A stretch of DNA of 64,000 nt from contig JAURFC010000001.1 in the NCBI GenBank assembly GCA_030834445.1, positions 150,544-214,543 on the forward strand. The letters run 5' to 3'. Origin of the DNA: Bacillota bacterium (lineage in GTDB: Bacteria > Bacillota_I > Bacilli_A > RFN20 > CAG-826). Below the pieces are notes generated by a model. The model was not told the origin of the DNA. It saw only the letters and a program-made list of their open reading frames with translations, and did no database searches. Position 1 is the first letter of the stretch; every line of letters begins with the position of its first letter. Shown here in pieces: positions 1 through 7,964 of this stretch. Made by a program: the position numbers and the translations under genes.

Positions 1-1938
1 TCGCTTGTGTTTCTAATAAGCTGACAACGGCGACTTGTTCATCTTCATAATGCGCATACACAATATGTTCGAGTAAAATGTTGAAATCGTCGGTAACAAA
101 GTCATCTTCTGCAAAACTAAAGTCTGTCACTGCATCCAACGAGGATAAAATGTCGATGACGTAAATGCGGTAATTGACATCAATATCATCTTCCACACGA
201 ACGAGTTCGTGGATAGCAATGTCTGTAGCGTAGTCTAACGCTTCACCGTCGAGTAAGATCATATCAAGTAATTTGGCTTCCACATCGGCGGTATTTTCAA
301 ATTGCGAGAAATCCTTCACTTCTAAATAAAGGCGACTCGGTTCGGGATTGACAGCCGGTTGCACAATGGGAACATTGAGCACCCCTAAGGTAATCGCACC
401 GGCTAAGGATAACGCCGCTAAACTAAAGGTAATGGGCGAAAGTAACGCACCTTTTGAAGTGAAATCACGCCCTGAGAAGCGACCAAAGTAAACCGGTTTT
501 TCATCGTTGGTAACATTCGGAATGAGTTTGGGTTGAATGGCCAAGGAAGGAAGTTTTTGAAGTAAACCATATTCTTGGAAGAGTAAACCAAAGAGAACTT
601 GGTTACCAAGATAGACGATGAGTAAATTACTAATGGCGCCAATCATGATGAAGACAGCAAAGTTTTGAACAAGGTTTCCCGCGAATAAATACGCAAATAA
701 ACCAAAGATCAGCACAATAATCGTTGTGTCTAAAACGATCGTTAAGATATCCCCGTTCGCTTCAATGTGGGCTTTTTTAAGAGAACGTCCCGCATACACT
801 TCACGACGGAAATACGTTAAATATAAAATCGAGGTAAATAGACCGAGGGCTCCTATCGTCATTAAACCGACGAGTGCTGCCGATGAAAACTCGAGTTTCA
901 ACCAAACAAAGGCGATGAACGATGCAAAAAGAGATAACGCGGTGGTTGCCAAAACCCCAATCGCAGGTAAGCGATAAAGATAAATAAGCACCCCAGCAAT
1001 CAAGGTGACAGCGATGATCGAAGCGATCAACGTTTGACTCCATGAAAGCGTTAATATTTCAGCAAGATTTAAAATTGGTTCAATGGTAGGTTGAACCGGC
1101 GTGGAAAATAAAAGTTCGACGTTAACAGGTAAGGCAGAGGCATTAAATAAATTACGGTAATAAATGGCTTCTTCATTGGCTTGCGTCACTGCGGCAGCAT
1201 CAAAGACATTATTTGCATTCGGAGATCCGTATTTGGAAGGCGCAATTGCACTTGCTAATTCTTGCTGGGTTTCAGCATCCCACCACATGGATCCTGTAGT
1301 GAAGCGTAAAATAATTTTTTCACGCATCTTGGCATCATCAAGCGAGTCTTCATAGTTATCGGCTTCGGTTTTTCCTGCCCAAAGAAGAAGTTCACCATCC
1401 CCCGACCCTTGACCACCCGCATCTTGACCTGGGTTGGAACCTTCCGCTTCGGTAACAAGCACTTCTTTTAAATAGCTTGGATCTTTTAATGGAATAACAA
1501 CAAAAGGCGTTTGACCACGATATTCAACGCGCGCGACTTGACCATCAAACATTTGGTCATTGGTGGCAGAGACTTCTGTTTTTGTCGAAATCGTAAAATC
1601 AGCATCGAAGGCAAGATAGGTCGCTAAGCGTTGGTATTTAATGTCGGTCGCTTCGGAGACCGTGACACGAATTTGATTATTGCCTTCAACCCAGACGTCA
1701 TACTTACTGACTAACGCATTTTCTAAGCGTTCGATCATCGTATCGGCAACATCACGGACGACATCATCACTCGAATAGAGCGTATCTTCGGTCAGTTTAT
1801 CCGAGATACGGAAGACCATTTCTCGACCACTTGAAAATTCTAAATTAGCATTCAATCCACCTACCACTGAGAGTAAATTGAATCCAATGAGAAGAAAGGT
1901 TGTTATCGATAAGAGTAAGTAACTTAAGAGTCGGCGCA
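1..1938 (-). CDS. secDF: Protein translocase subunit SecDF, partial (3' end beyond window)
   Basis: Minus-strand frame is open from the ATG at 1938 to the window edge and so is absent from the ORF track. N-terminus MRRLLSYLLLSITTFLLIGFNLLSVVGGLNANLEFSSGREM has a signal-anchor plus a SecD-like periplasmic start, and later hydrophobic segments match the SecD/SecF type. RBS GGAGG lies upstream of the ATG. Confidence 0.7.
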
Positions 1939-1954
1939 TAATCTACCTCCGTTA

Positions 1955-1985
1955 TTAAAAAATCGACGATTTCGTCGCTTTTTAA
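1955..1985. terminator. Hairpin CGACGA-TTTC-TCGTCG flanked by A and T runs, between ruvB and the secDF start; possible attenuator or terminator
   Basis: Inverted repeat seen in sequence with a U-tract on the minus sense (ttttttaataacGGAGGtagattATG). Confidence 0.4.
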
Positions 1986-2044
1986 CTTTACTCTATTTCC
2001 TCATTAATTTCAACGACAAAAGACGTCAACCTTTTGAACGTTTT

Positions 2045-3046
2045 TTAAAACAATTGTCCTTGATAACTTCGCTTTAAATGTTTGTAGGCTTTTTCTGTCG
2101 CCACGCGACCACGTGGGGTCCGATTTATCAACCCAATTTGAAGTAAATAAGGTTCATAAACATCCTCTAAATTCATAATCTCTTCACCGATCGCGCTTGC
2201 AAGGGCTTCTAAGCCAACGGGTCCGCCTTTAAACCGGTCAATCAGTCCCAATAAATATCGTACATCAACATCATCCAAACCAAGAGCATCCACTTTAAGG
2301 GCGGTTAAACCTTCTTCGGTAATGGAATTGGAGATGGCTTCCGCTTTTTGATAATGAGCAAAATCACGAATACGGCGATACAAGCGATTGGCAATACGGG
2401 GCGTTCCTCGGGAACGTAGCGCCAGGGAGGCAACCGCTTGTGTTTCAATCGGTGTTTGTAAAACTTTGGCAGTACGCATAATGATTTTTTCGATGTCTTC
2501 TTGGGCGTAAAAATCGAATTTTTCGGTAATTCCAAAACGCGCACGCAAGGGGGATGATAAATCACCGGCCCGTGTGGTCGCCCCAATTAAGGTAAAGGGC
2601 GGTAAATCCAAGTTCAACGTGCGTGATGTGCCTTCACGGTTAATGAGAACAGAAAGGTGAAAATCTTCCATTGCCCCATAAAGCACTTCTTCCACGACAC
2701 TCGGCAAACGATGAATTTCATCAATGAAAAGAACATCACCCGGTTCCAAGGAGGTTAAAATTGCAGCAAGATCGCCCGTTCTTTCTAAACTCGGACCGGT
2801 GACGGTTTTAATGTTGCCACCCATTTCATAGGCAATGATATGCGCAAGGGTGGTCTTGCCTAAACCGGGTGGCCCATAAAGTAGGACGTGGTCTAAGGTT
2901 TCTTGACGATGTTTAGCCGCCCCAATAAACACTTCTAAATTGGCTTTTAAAGCCGTTTGGCCAATGTAATCACTTAAGCGTTGTGGTCGTAAGGTAATAT
3001 CGAGGGTATCATCATGAAGGGCATGACTATCCATTATGCGGCTCAT
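2045..3046 (-). CDS. ruvB: Holliday junction branch migration ATPase RuvB
   Basis: Walker [10 protein letters not shown] and conserved RuvB length (333 aa). Confidence 0.95.
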   Translation of the reverse strand: MSRIMDSHALHDDTLDITLRPQRLSDYIGQTALKANLEVFIGAAKHRQETLDHVLLYGPPGLGKTTLAHIIAYEMGGNIKTVTGPSLERTGDLAAILTSLEPGDVLFIDEIHRLPSVVEEVLYGAMEDFHLSVLINREGTSRTLNLDLPPFTLIGATTRAGDLSSPLRARFGITEKFDFYAQEDIEKIIMRTAKVLQTPIETQAVASLALRSRGTPRIANRLYRRIRDFAHYQKAEAISNSITEEGLTALKVDALGLDDVDVRYLLGLIDRFKGGPVGLEALASAIGEEIMNLEDVYEPYLLQIGLINRTPRGRVATEKAYKHLKRSYQGQLF

Positions 3047-3049
3047 TGC

Positions 3050-3613
3050 TTATTTCCCCAACCGTTTTAACGCAATTTTAATAATCGCTTCCACGGAAGT
3101 TTCATCCGCGCGCACAAGTTTAAAGGCATCATCAATTTCTTTCGGTTTAAAACCTAATGCTTTAAGGCCCTCTCGTGCCTCTTCAAAAACGGGAGGTAAT
3201 GAGGCGGATTTTGCTTCATCCTCGACCAGTTTGCCGCGTAAATCGAGCACAATTTGACTGGCCGCTTTCGGACCGATGCCCGGTAATGATTTTAAGAAGG
3301 ACACATTTCCTATGTTGATCGCCTTAATAATTTCACTGGCCATGGTGCCAGAGAGCGCACCCAAAGCCGTCTTTGGACCAATCCCTTTCACCGAAATGAG
3401 CCGTTGAAACATAAAACGTTCTTCTTCGGTCGCAAAACCGACAAGATATTGATCATCTTCACGAAAAATTTGTAAGGTAAGCACCGTTTGAATATGGCCT
3501 AATTGAAAGGCAGAACTTCGGGCAATATGGACAAAATACGTGACACCTTGGACGTTAATAAGTAAGTGGTCTGGTTGTAGGACATGGACCTGTCCGGTTA
3601 AGGCATAAATCAT
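3050..3613 (-). CDS. ruvA: Holliday junction DNA helicase RuvA
   Basis: 187 aa, HhH motifs (LxxxxGIGPKTA), immediately upstream of ruvB. Confidence 0.9.
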   Translation of the reverse strand: MIYALTGQVHVLQPDHLLINVQGVTYFVHIARSSAFQLGHIQTVLTLQIFREDDQYLVGFATEEERFMFQRLISVKGIGPKTALGALSGTMASEIIKAINIGNVSFLKSLPGIGPKAASQIVLDLRGKLVEDEAKSASLPPVFEEAREGLKALGFKPKEIDDAFKLVRADETSVEAIIKIALKRLGK

Positions 3614-3714
3614 ACGCTCAGTTGAATGACTCCCGAGAAAAATAACACGAGTAAAACTAACATAGTAAGGAGTGCTGAGACAAGAACGAGTGTCGAAGAG
3701 AATTCTTTTTTCAT
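3610..3714 (-). CDS. Candidate 34-aa single-pass membrane peptide (MKKEFSSTLVLVSALLTMLVLLVLFFSGVIQLSV) overlapping the ruvA start (ATGA)
   Basis: Not in the ORF track (<60 aa). Its TGA stop overlaps the ruvA ATG, a weak SD (AAGG) precedes the ATG, and it has a strongly hydrophobic core. Confidence 0.35.
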   Translation of the reverse strand: MKKEFSSTLVLVSALLTMLVLLVLFFSGVIQLSV

Positions 3715-3734
3715 GACCTTATTATAAAGAAAAA

Positions 3735-5006
3735 CTATGAACCATGATACGTAAATTCAAAATCGGCCAATCGCACCGTGTCGCCTTCTTGAATCCCACG
3801 TGCTTCCAAGGCTTCTTCCACACGAAGTTCACGTAAATATCGAAACAAACTCAATAAACCTTGGTCGGTGGTCGTATTCATTTTTCGATAGGTTTCTTCA
3901 AGTTCATCCCCTGTTAGCACAAAAAGATGCTCACTCGGACGTAAGATTTCAAAGGGTGTCTTCGGTTTAAACGTATAAATACGTTCGGTCGTGGATTCGA
4001 CGGGTGCAAGGATAGGCATGGGGGCTGAGGCTAACGTTTGATCAATCGCTTTCATTAACGCATCGACACCTTCTTCTGATAAAAGGGAAATGGGATAAAT
4101 TGTCTTGTTTTTAAGTTTTTTTTGAAATTTTTTCAAACGGTCTTGGGCGCCCGCTTCATCCATTTTTGAAGCGACAATAAGCGTCGGCCGGGTCAGTAAT
4201 GCAGGTGAAAAGGATTCAAGTTCATGATTGATTTGTTGATACGCTTCAAACGGATCGCGATGGGACGCCATGTCAATGACATGGACAATAACGCGACACC
4301 GTTCAATATGCCGTAAAAATTGTAATCCAAGGCCTTTACCATGGGAAGCTCCTTCAATTAAACCCGGTAAATCAGCCATGATGTAAGGATTTTCTTCCGC
4401 ACGACGAATGACCCCTAAATGGGGCGCTAAGGTCGTAAATTCATAATCGGCAATGGCAGGTTTTGCATTCGAAACCGTAGCCAATAACGAACTTTTACCC
4501 ACAGAAGGAAAACCAACCAAACCCACATCCGCGAGAAGTTTTAATTCTAGACGTAAGGTTCTTTTTTCGCCTAAATCACCATTTTGGGCAATTCGAGGCG
4601 CACGATTAACGGAAGATTTAAAGGTGGCATTTCCCCGACCCCCACGACCGCCTTTCGCAAGCAAAATAGGTTTATTTTCTTCAATTAAATCCACGAGAAG
4701 TTCACCGGTAAGGGTATCATAGACCATCGTTCCCACAGGGACATTGACATAAACGTCTTCTGCAGATTTTCCATAACGGTCGCGGGCACCACCATTTTCG
4801 CCATCATGGGCGATAATTTTCTTTTGGTATTTAAAGGTATAAAGCGTTGTTTCCGAGCGACTTGCAACGAAATAAATGGAACCGCCGCGGCCACCACCCC
4901 CACCATCGGGACCACCGTGTTCCATGTATTTTAAGCGTAAAAAAGAGATGGCCCCATTGCCACCTTTTCCGGCACGAATTTCAAGTTGAACGTGATCAAT
5001 AAACAT
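3735..5006 (-). CDS. obg: GTPase Obg
   Basis: Gly-rich Obg fold GGPDGGGGGRGG and G-domain motifs GFPSVGKSS; 423 aa. Confidence 0.95.
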   Translation of the reverse strand: MFIDHVQLEIRAGKGGNGAISFLRLKYMEHGGPDGGGGGRGGSIYFVASRSETTLYTFKYQKKIIAHDGENGGARDRYGKSAEDVYVNVPVGTMVYDTLTGELLVDLIEENKPILLAKGGRGGRGNATFKSSVNRAPRIAQNGDLGEKRTLRLELKLLADVGLVGFPSVGKSSLLATVSNAKPAIADYEFTTLAPHLGVIRRAEENPYIMADLPGLIEGASHGKGLGLQFLRHIERCRVIVHVIDMASHRDPFEAYQQINHELESFSPALLTRPTLIVASKMDEAGAQDRLKKFQKKLKNKTIYPISLLSEEGVDALMKAIDQTLASAPMPILAPVESTTERIYTFKPKTPFEILRPSEHLFVLTGDELEETYRKMNTTTDQGLLSLFRYLRELRVEEALEARGIQEGDTVRLADFEFTYHGS

Positions 5007-5012
5007 AGGAAA

Positions 5013-5954
5013 TTATGAAGACGTTTTAATCTCGTCAATCACGTAGAAGGGACGATTTTGTGTTTCAATAAAGACGCGAGATAAATAGAGCGCGAGGATC
5101 GCTAAAACATAAAACATCAAGGCAAGACCGATGCCTAAGACATTGCCTGCTAACCAAATCCAATGCACCATGACATCCACGGGCACAAAGATAAAAACAA
5201 CCAATTGTCCAACGAGACTTACGCCCACGAGGAATTCCCAAAAAATGGCAATCCATGTCGGCCACACGAGTGGAACCGACGTGGTTGAGGCAATCGAATC
5301 CACGGCAAGTTTCACCATACTTTTCAAGTTATAGTGCGTCTCACCGGCAACACGTTTAGGGCGATCAAATAAAACTTCCGTCGTTTTAAAACCTAAAAAA
5401 GGAACTTCTATACGGAAAACACGGTTTCGTTCGGTTAAGCGAATGACTTCATCGGCAACCCGACGCGAAATTAAGCGAAAGTGACCGACGTTTTGAGGAA
5501 TTTTGACTTTCCCTGATAAACGGGCAATAAATTTATAAAATTGAATCGCGGTAAAGCGTTTTAAAAAAGTATCTTCATGACGGGTTTTGCGTTTGGCATT
5601 GACCACATCAAAACCTTCTTCGAATTTTTCGAGTAAATCCTTGATGAGTTCGGGAGGATCTTGTAAATCCGCATCCATGGGAATCAGAGCATCCCCTGTC
5701 GCCGTGGCAATCCCTGCGGCAACGGCTGGTTCATGCCCAAAATTGCGGGACAAGTTCACCAGTACGAGATTGGGTCGTCGTGATTGCTCTGCGAGCAATA
5801 AGGGATAGGTTCCATCTTTACTTCCATCATTGACAATAACGAGTTCAAACGCATATTGGGTTAGCTTTGCCAAGACCTTATCAATGGCAGAAAAGAAAAG
5901 TGAAACCACTTTCTCTTCGTTGTACATGGGGACAATGATCGAAATTTTTTTCAT
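5013..5954 (-). CDS. Family 2 glycosyltransferase, polyprenyl-phosphate sugar transferase (GtrB/CsbB-like) with C-terminal TM helices
   Basis: N-terminal IIVPMYNEE...VIVNDGSKDGT...DADLQDPP (DxD GT-A fold); hydrophobic C-terminus. Confidence 0.8.
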   Translation of the reverse strand: MKKISIIVPMYNEEKVVSLFFSAIDKVLAKLTQYAFELVIVNDGSKDGTYPLLLAEQSRRPNLVLVNLSRNFGHEPAVAAGIATATGDALIPMDADLQDPPELIKDLLEKFEEGFDVVNAKRKTRHEDTFLKRFTAIQFYKFIARLSGKVKIPQNVGHFRLISRRVADEVIRLTERNRVFRIEVPFLGFKTTEVLFDRPKRVAGETHYNLKSMVKLAVDSIASTTSVPLVWPTWIAIFWEFLVGVSLVGQLVVFIFVPVDVMVHWIWLAGNVLGIGLALMFYVLAILALYLSRVFIETQNRPFYVIDEIKTSS

Positions 5955-5970
5955 AATGTTAGTATAACAA

Positions 5971-6002
5971 AAAAGACCACGTCTCGTGGTCTCTTTTTTT
6001 CT
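5971..6002 (-). terminator. Intrinsic terminator after rpmA (bidirectional hairpin AGACCACG-TCT-CGTGGTCT plus T-run)
   Basis: Perfect 8-bp stem flanked by A- and T-runs. Confidence 0.75.
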
Positions 6003-6293
6003 TTATTCAGCAGCAACTTCAACGATGCTGACTTTCGTTTTGGACTTGCCCCAACGTTGGAACTTCACTTTACCAGTCTTGGTTGCGAAGATCGTATCAT
6101 CGCCACCTTTCATGGTGTTGAGTCCGGGATGAATTTTCGTTCCACGTTGACGGTAAAGAATGCTACCCGCGGTCACGAATTCACCATCACTGGCTTTTGC
6201 TCCTAAACGTTTGGAATGAGAGTCGCGTCCGTTTCGTGTGGAACCGACCCCTTTCTTCGACGCGAAGAGTTGTAAGTTTAATGTAAATCGCAT
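6003..6293 (-). CDS. rpmA: 50S ribosomal protein L27 with N-terminal propeptide ([10 protein letters not shown]|ASKKG)
   Basis: Firmicute-type L27 pro-sequence ending FASKKG, followed by the conserved L27 core. Confidence 0.95.
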   Translation of the reverse strand: MRFTLNLQLFASKKGVGSTRNGRDSHSKRLGAKASDGEFVTAGSILYRQRGTKIHPGLNTMKGGDDTIFATKTGKVKFQRWGKSKTKVSIVEVAAE

Positions 6294-6296
6294 GAA

Positions 6297-6605
6297 TTAA
6301 TCCTCCTGTTCTTTAATCGAGATAAATTGGGAATACGATGCTTGAATGGTTTTTAGTTGAATCCATAATATTTCGAGAACGTGTTGATGGCTCATTTCTT
6401 CAAGGTTGTCGACTTGAAAGTCGGCTAATCCTTCGGAGAGATGAATGCGGATTCCTTGAGGTTTCAAGGCATTCGCACCGCCGGTTACAATCGCACTCAC
6501 ACCGGCACAGACGAGATCTTCGCCATACGGTGCGCTTAAGGCATGACCCGTCACTTTTAGGACGTAGATACGTTGATTTTTTCTACGTAAGGTGACGTGA
6601 ATCAT
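6297..6605 (-). CDS. prp: Ribosomal-processing cysteine protease Prp (YsxB family)
   Basis: 102 aa with GHA...D.VCAGVS motif, located between rplU and rpmA. Confidence 0.85.
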   Translation of the reverse strand: MIHVTLRRKNQRIYVLKVTGHALSAPYGEDLVCAGVSAIVTGGANALKPQGIRIHLSEGLADFQVDNLEEMSHQHVLEILWIQLKTIQASYSQFISIKEQED

Positions 6606-6607
6606 AC

Positions 6608-6916
6608 TTAACCTTCGATGGATTCAATTACAAGACTCGTATACGGCTGACGATGACCTAATTTACGGCGAACATTGTGTTTAGCGTGATACGTAAACAC
6701 AGTCAACTTTTTGCTTAAGCCTTGTTTTTCGACTTTCGCTGTTACTTTGGCGCCTTTAACCGTTGGACTTCCAACTTTTAATGCTTTATCAGCAACCAAA
6801 AGAACTTGATCAAAAGTGACGGTTGTTCCGGGTTCAGCTTCGATTTTTTCAACAAAAATCTTTTGGCCGATTTCGACCTTAAGCTGTTTACCACCTGTCA
6901 TGATAATCGCGTACAT
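6608..6916 (-). CDS. rplU: 50S ribosomal protein L21 (start re-called to [11 protein letters not shown]; the ORF-track 148 aa is over-extended)
   Basis: Conserved L21 N-terminus MYAII.TGGKQ; strong RBS AAGGAGG 8 nt upstream of the ATG at 6916. Confidence 0.9.
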   Translation of the reverse strand: MYAIIMTGGKQLKVEIGQKIFVEKIEAEPGTTVTFDQVLLVADKALKVGSPTVKGAKVTAKVEKQGLSKKLTVFTYHAKHNVRRKLGHRQPYTSLVIESIEG

Positions 6917-7018
6917 AAATAACCTCCTTAAACACGAGACTCGCTCCGACGGTCCATGAGCCACGATGGCGCATGCGTTAGGCACCTTGAGAGGCGGTTG
7001 TAGCTTGTGAGGCAACAA
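6917..7018 (-). ncRNA. Candidate L21-operon leader (ribosomal-protein leader RNA) between the promoter and the rplU RBS
   Basis: About 100-nt structured untranslated region downstream of a near-consensus promoter. Firmicute rplU-prp-rpmA operons carry an L21 leader (established knowledge); the structure was not verified here. Confidence 0.4.
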
Positions 7019-7025
7019 CTCCGAT

Positions 7026-7054
7026 AATATAGCAAGGAACCGAGAATTTGTCAA
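7026..7054 (-). promoter_or_regulatory. Sigma-A-type promoter for the rplU operon (TTGACA-17-TATATT, minus sense)
   Basis: Hexamers read directly on the minus strand downstream of the radC stop. Confidence 0.6.
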
Positions 7055-7061
7055 TTTATAT

Positions 7062-7757
7062 TCATTGAATCAAACGATGCTGCTTCATGGAAAAATACCC
7101 TTGCAAGGAAATGATCATATGATCAATGAGTAAAAATCCTAAAGAACGAGCTGCTTCCATCAATGCAATCGTGGTATGAATGTCTTGTTGGGACGGCGTG
7201 CAGTCGCCTGAGGGATGATTATGAATTAGCATAAACTTACGGGTATTGGTTTTCAGTAAATCCACAAAAACATCGCGCATTTCGAGGTGAATGTTGGCTT
7301 GGGAACCTAAGCGTAAAACCGTTTCTCCTTCATAATGAAGTTGATGATTCAATTTAATGACGAGGAGTTGCTCGTCATGAAGGACACCTAACCGTAAACG
7401 AAAATGGGCAAAAACCGCTTGCGGTTCTTTAAAGGAAATTGTTTCTACTCCTTCTTTTTCGATGCGCTGATAAAGTTCAATCATCGCCAGCATTTGTAAC
7501 GCTTTGACGTGAGAGATGCCAGGTATATCGGTCCATTGCGCATAAGAAAGTCGGATTAAAGCCGACAACGATCCGTAACGTTGTACAATTTCTTGGGCCA
7601 CCATTAACACCGATTTCCCTTTGATGCCACTGGCTAATAAAATGGCAATAAGTTCGTGATTTGCCAGTTGTTTAACGCCTAAAGCACGGGCTTTTTCGCG
7701 GGGGCGCTCCAAGTAAGGAAGCGCGGTTAAATGCGTCGATGAACTACTTCCACTCAA
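7062..7757 (-). CDS. radC: RadC-like JAMM/MPN protein (start uncertain; the ORF-track 251 aa is probably over-extended)
   Basis: HhH segment ERPREK...LSALIRL and JAMM motif HNHPSG; an in-frame TTG at 7757 gives a typical length of about 230 aa. Confidence 0.8.
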   Translation of the reverse strand: MSGSSSSTHLTALPYLERPREKARALGVKQLANHELIAILLASGIKGKSVLMVAQEIVQRYGSLSALIRLSYAQWTDIPGISHVKALQMLAMIELYQRIEKEGVETISFKEPQAVFAHFRLRLGVLHDEQLLVIKLNHQLHYEGETVLRLGSQANIHLEMRDVFVDLLKTNTRKFMLIHNHPSGDCTPSQQDIHTTIALMEAARSLGFLLIDHMIISLQGYFSMKQHRLIQ

Positions 7758-7920
7758 ATTGAAAACCACCAGGAATGGATGCTTTTCCAGCCGATGACAT
7801 AAACAAGCGATAGACAATGACGGCGGTTAAAGCAATGACCATAACGGCCATCACCGCCCCGAGGGTAACGGGTTCGCCTCCGCGTAAGTGTAACCATTGG
7901 GATTGTGGGATATCTTCCAT
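7744..7920 (-). CDS. Candidate 58-aa membrane protein ([58 protein letters not shown]) directly upstream of radC
   Basis: Strong SD AGGAGGA 7 nt upstream of the ATG; one TM helix; ends 10 nt before the proposed radC start; not in the ORF track (<60 aa). Confidence 0.45.
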   Translation of the reverse strand: MEDIPQSQWLHLRGGEPVTLGAVMAVMVIALTAVIVYRLFMSSAGKASIPGGFQFEWK

Positions 7921-7964
7921 AGATATTTCCTCCTAAGGAGAAATAGGAGGAAAAGCGCCCAAAA

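Noticed and set aside
6917-7054. ORF-track N-terminal extension of rplU to 148 aa
   Set aside because: The conserved L21 N-terminus ([11 protein letters not shown]) with a perfect RBS starts at 6916; the extension lies over a promoter and leader region.
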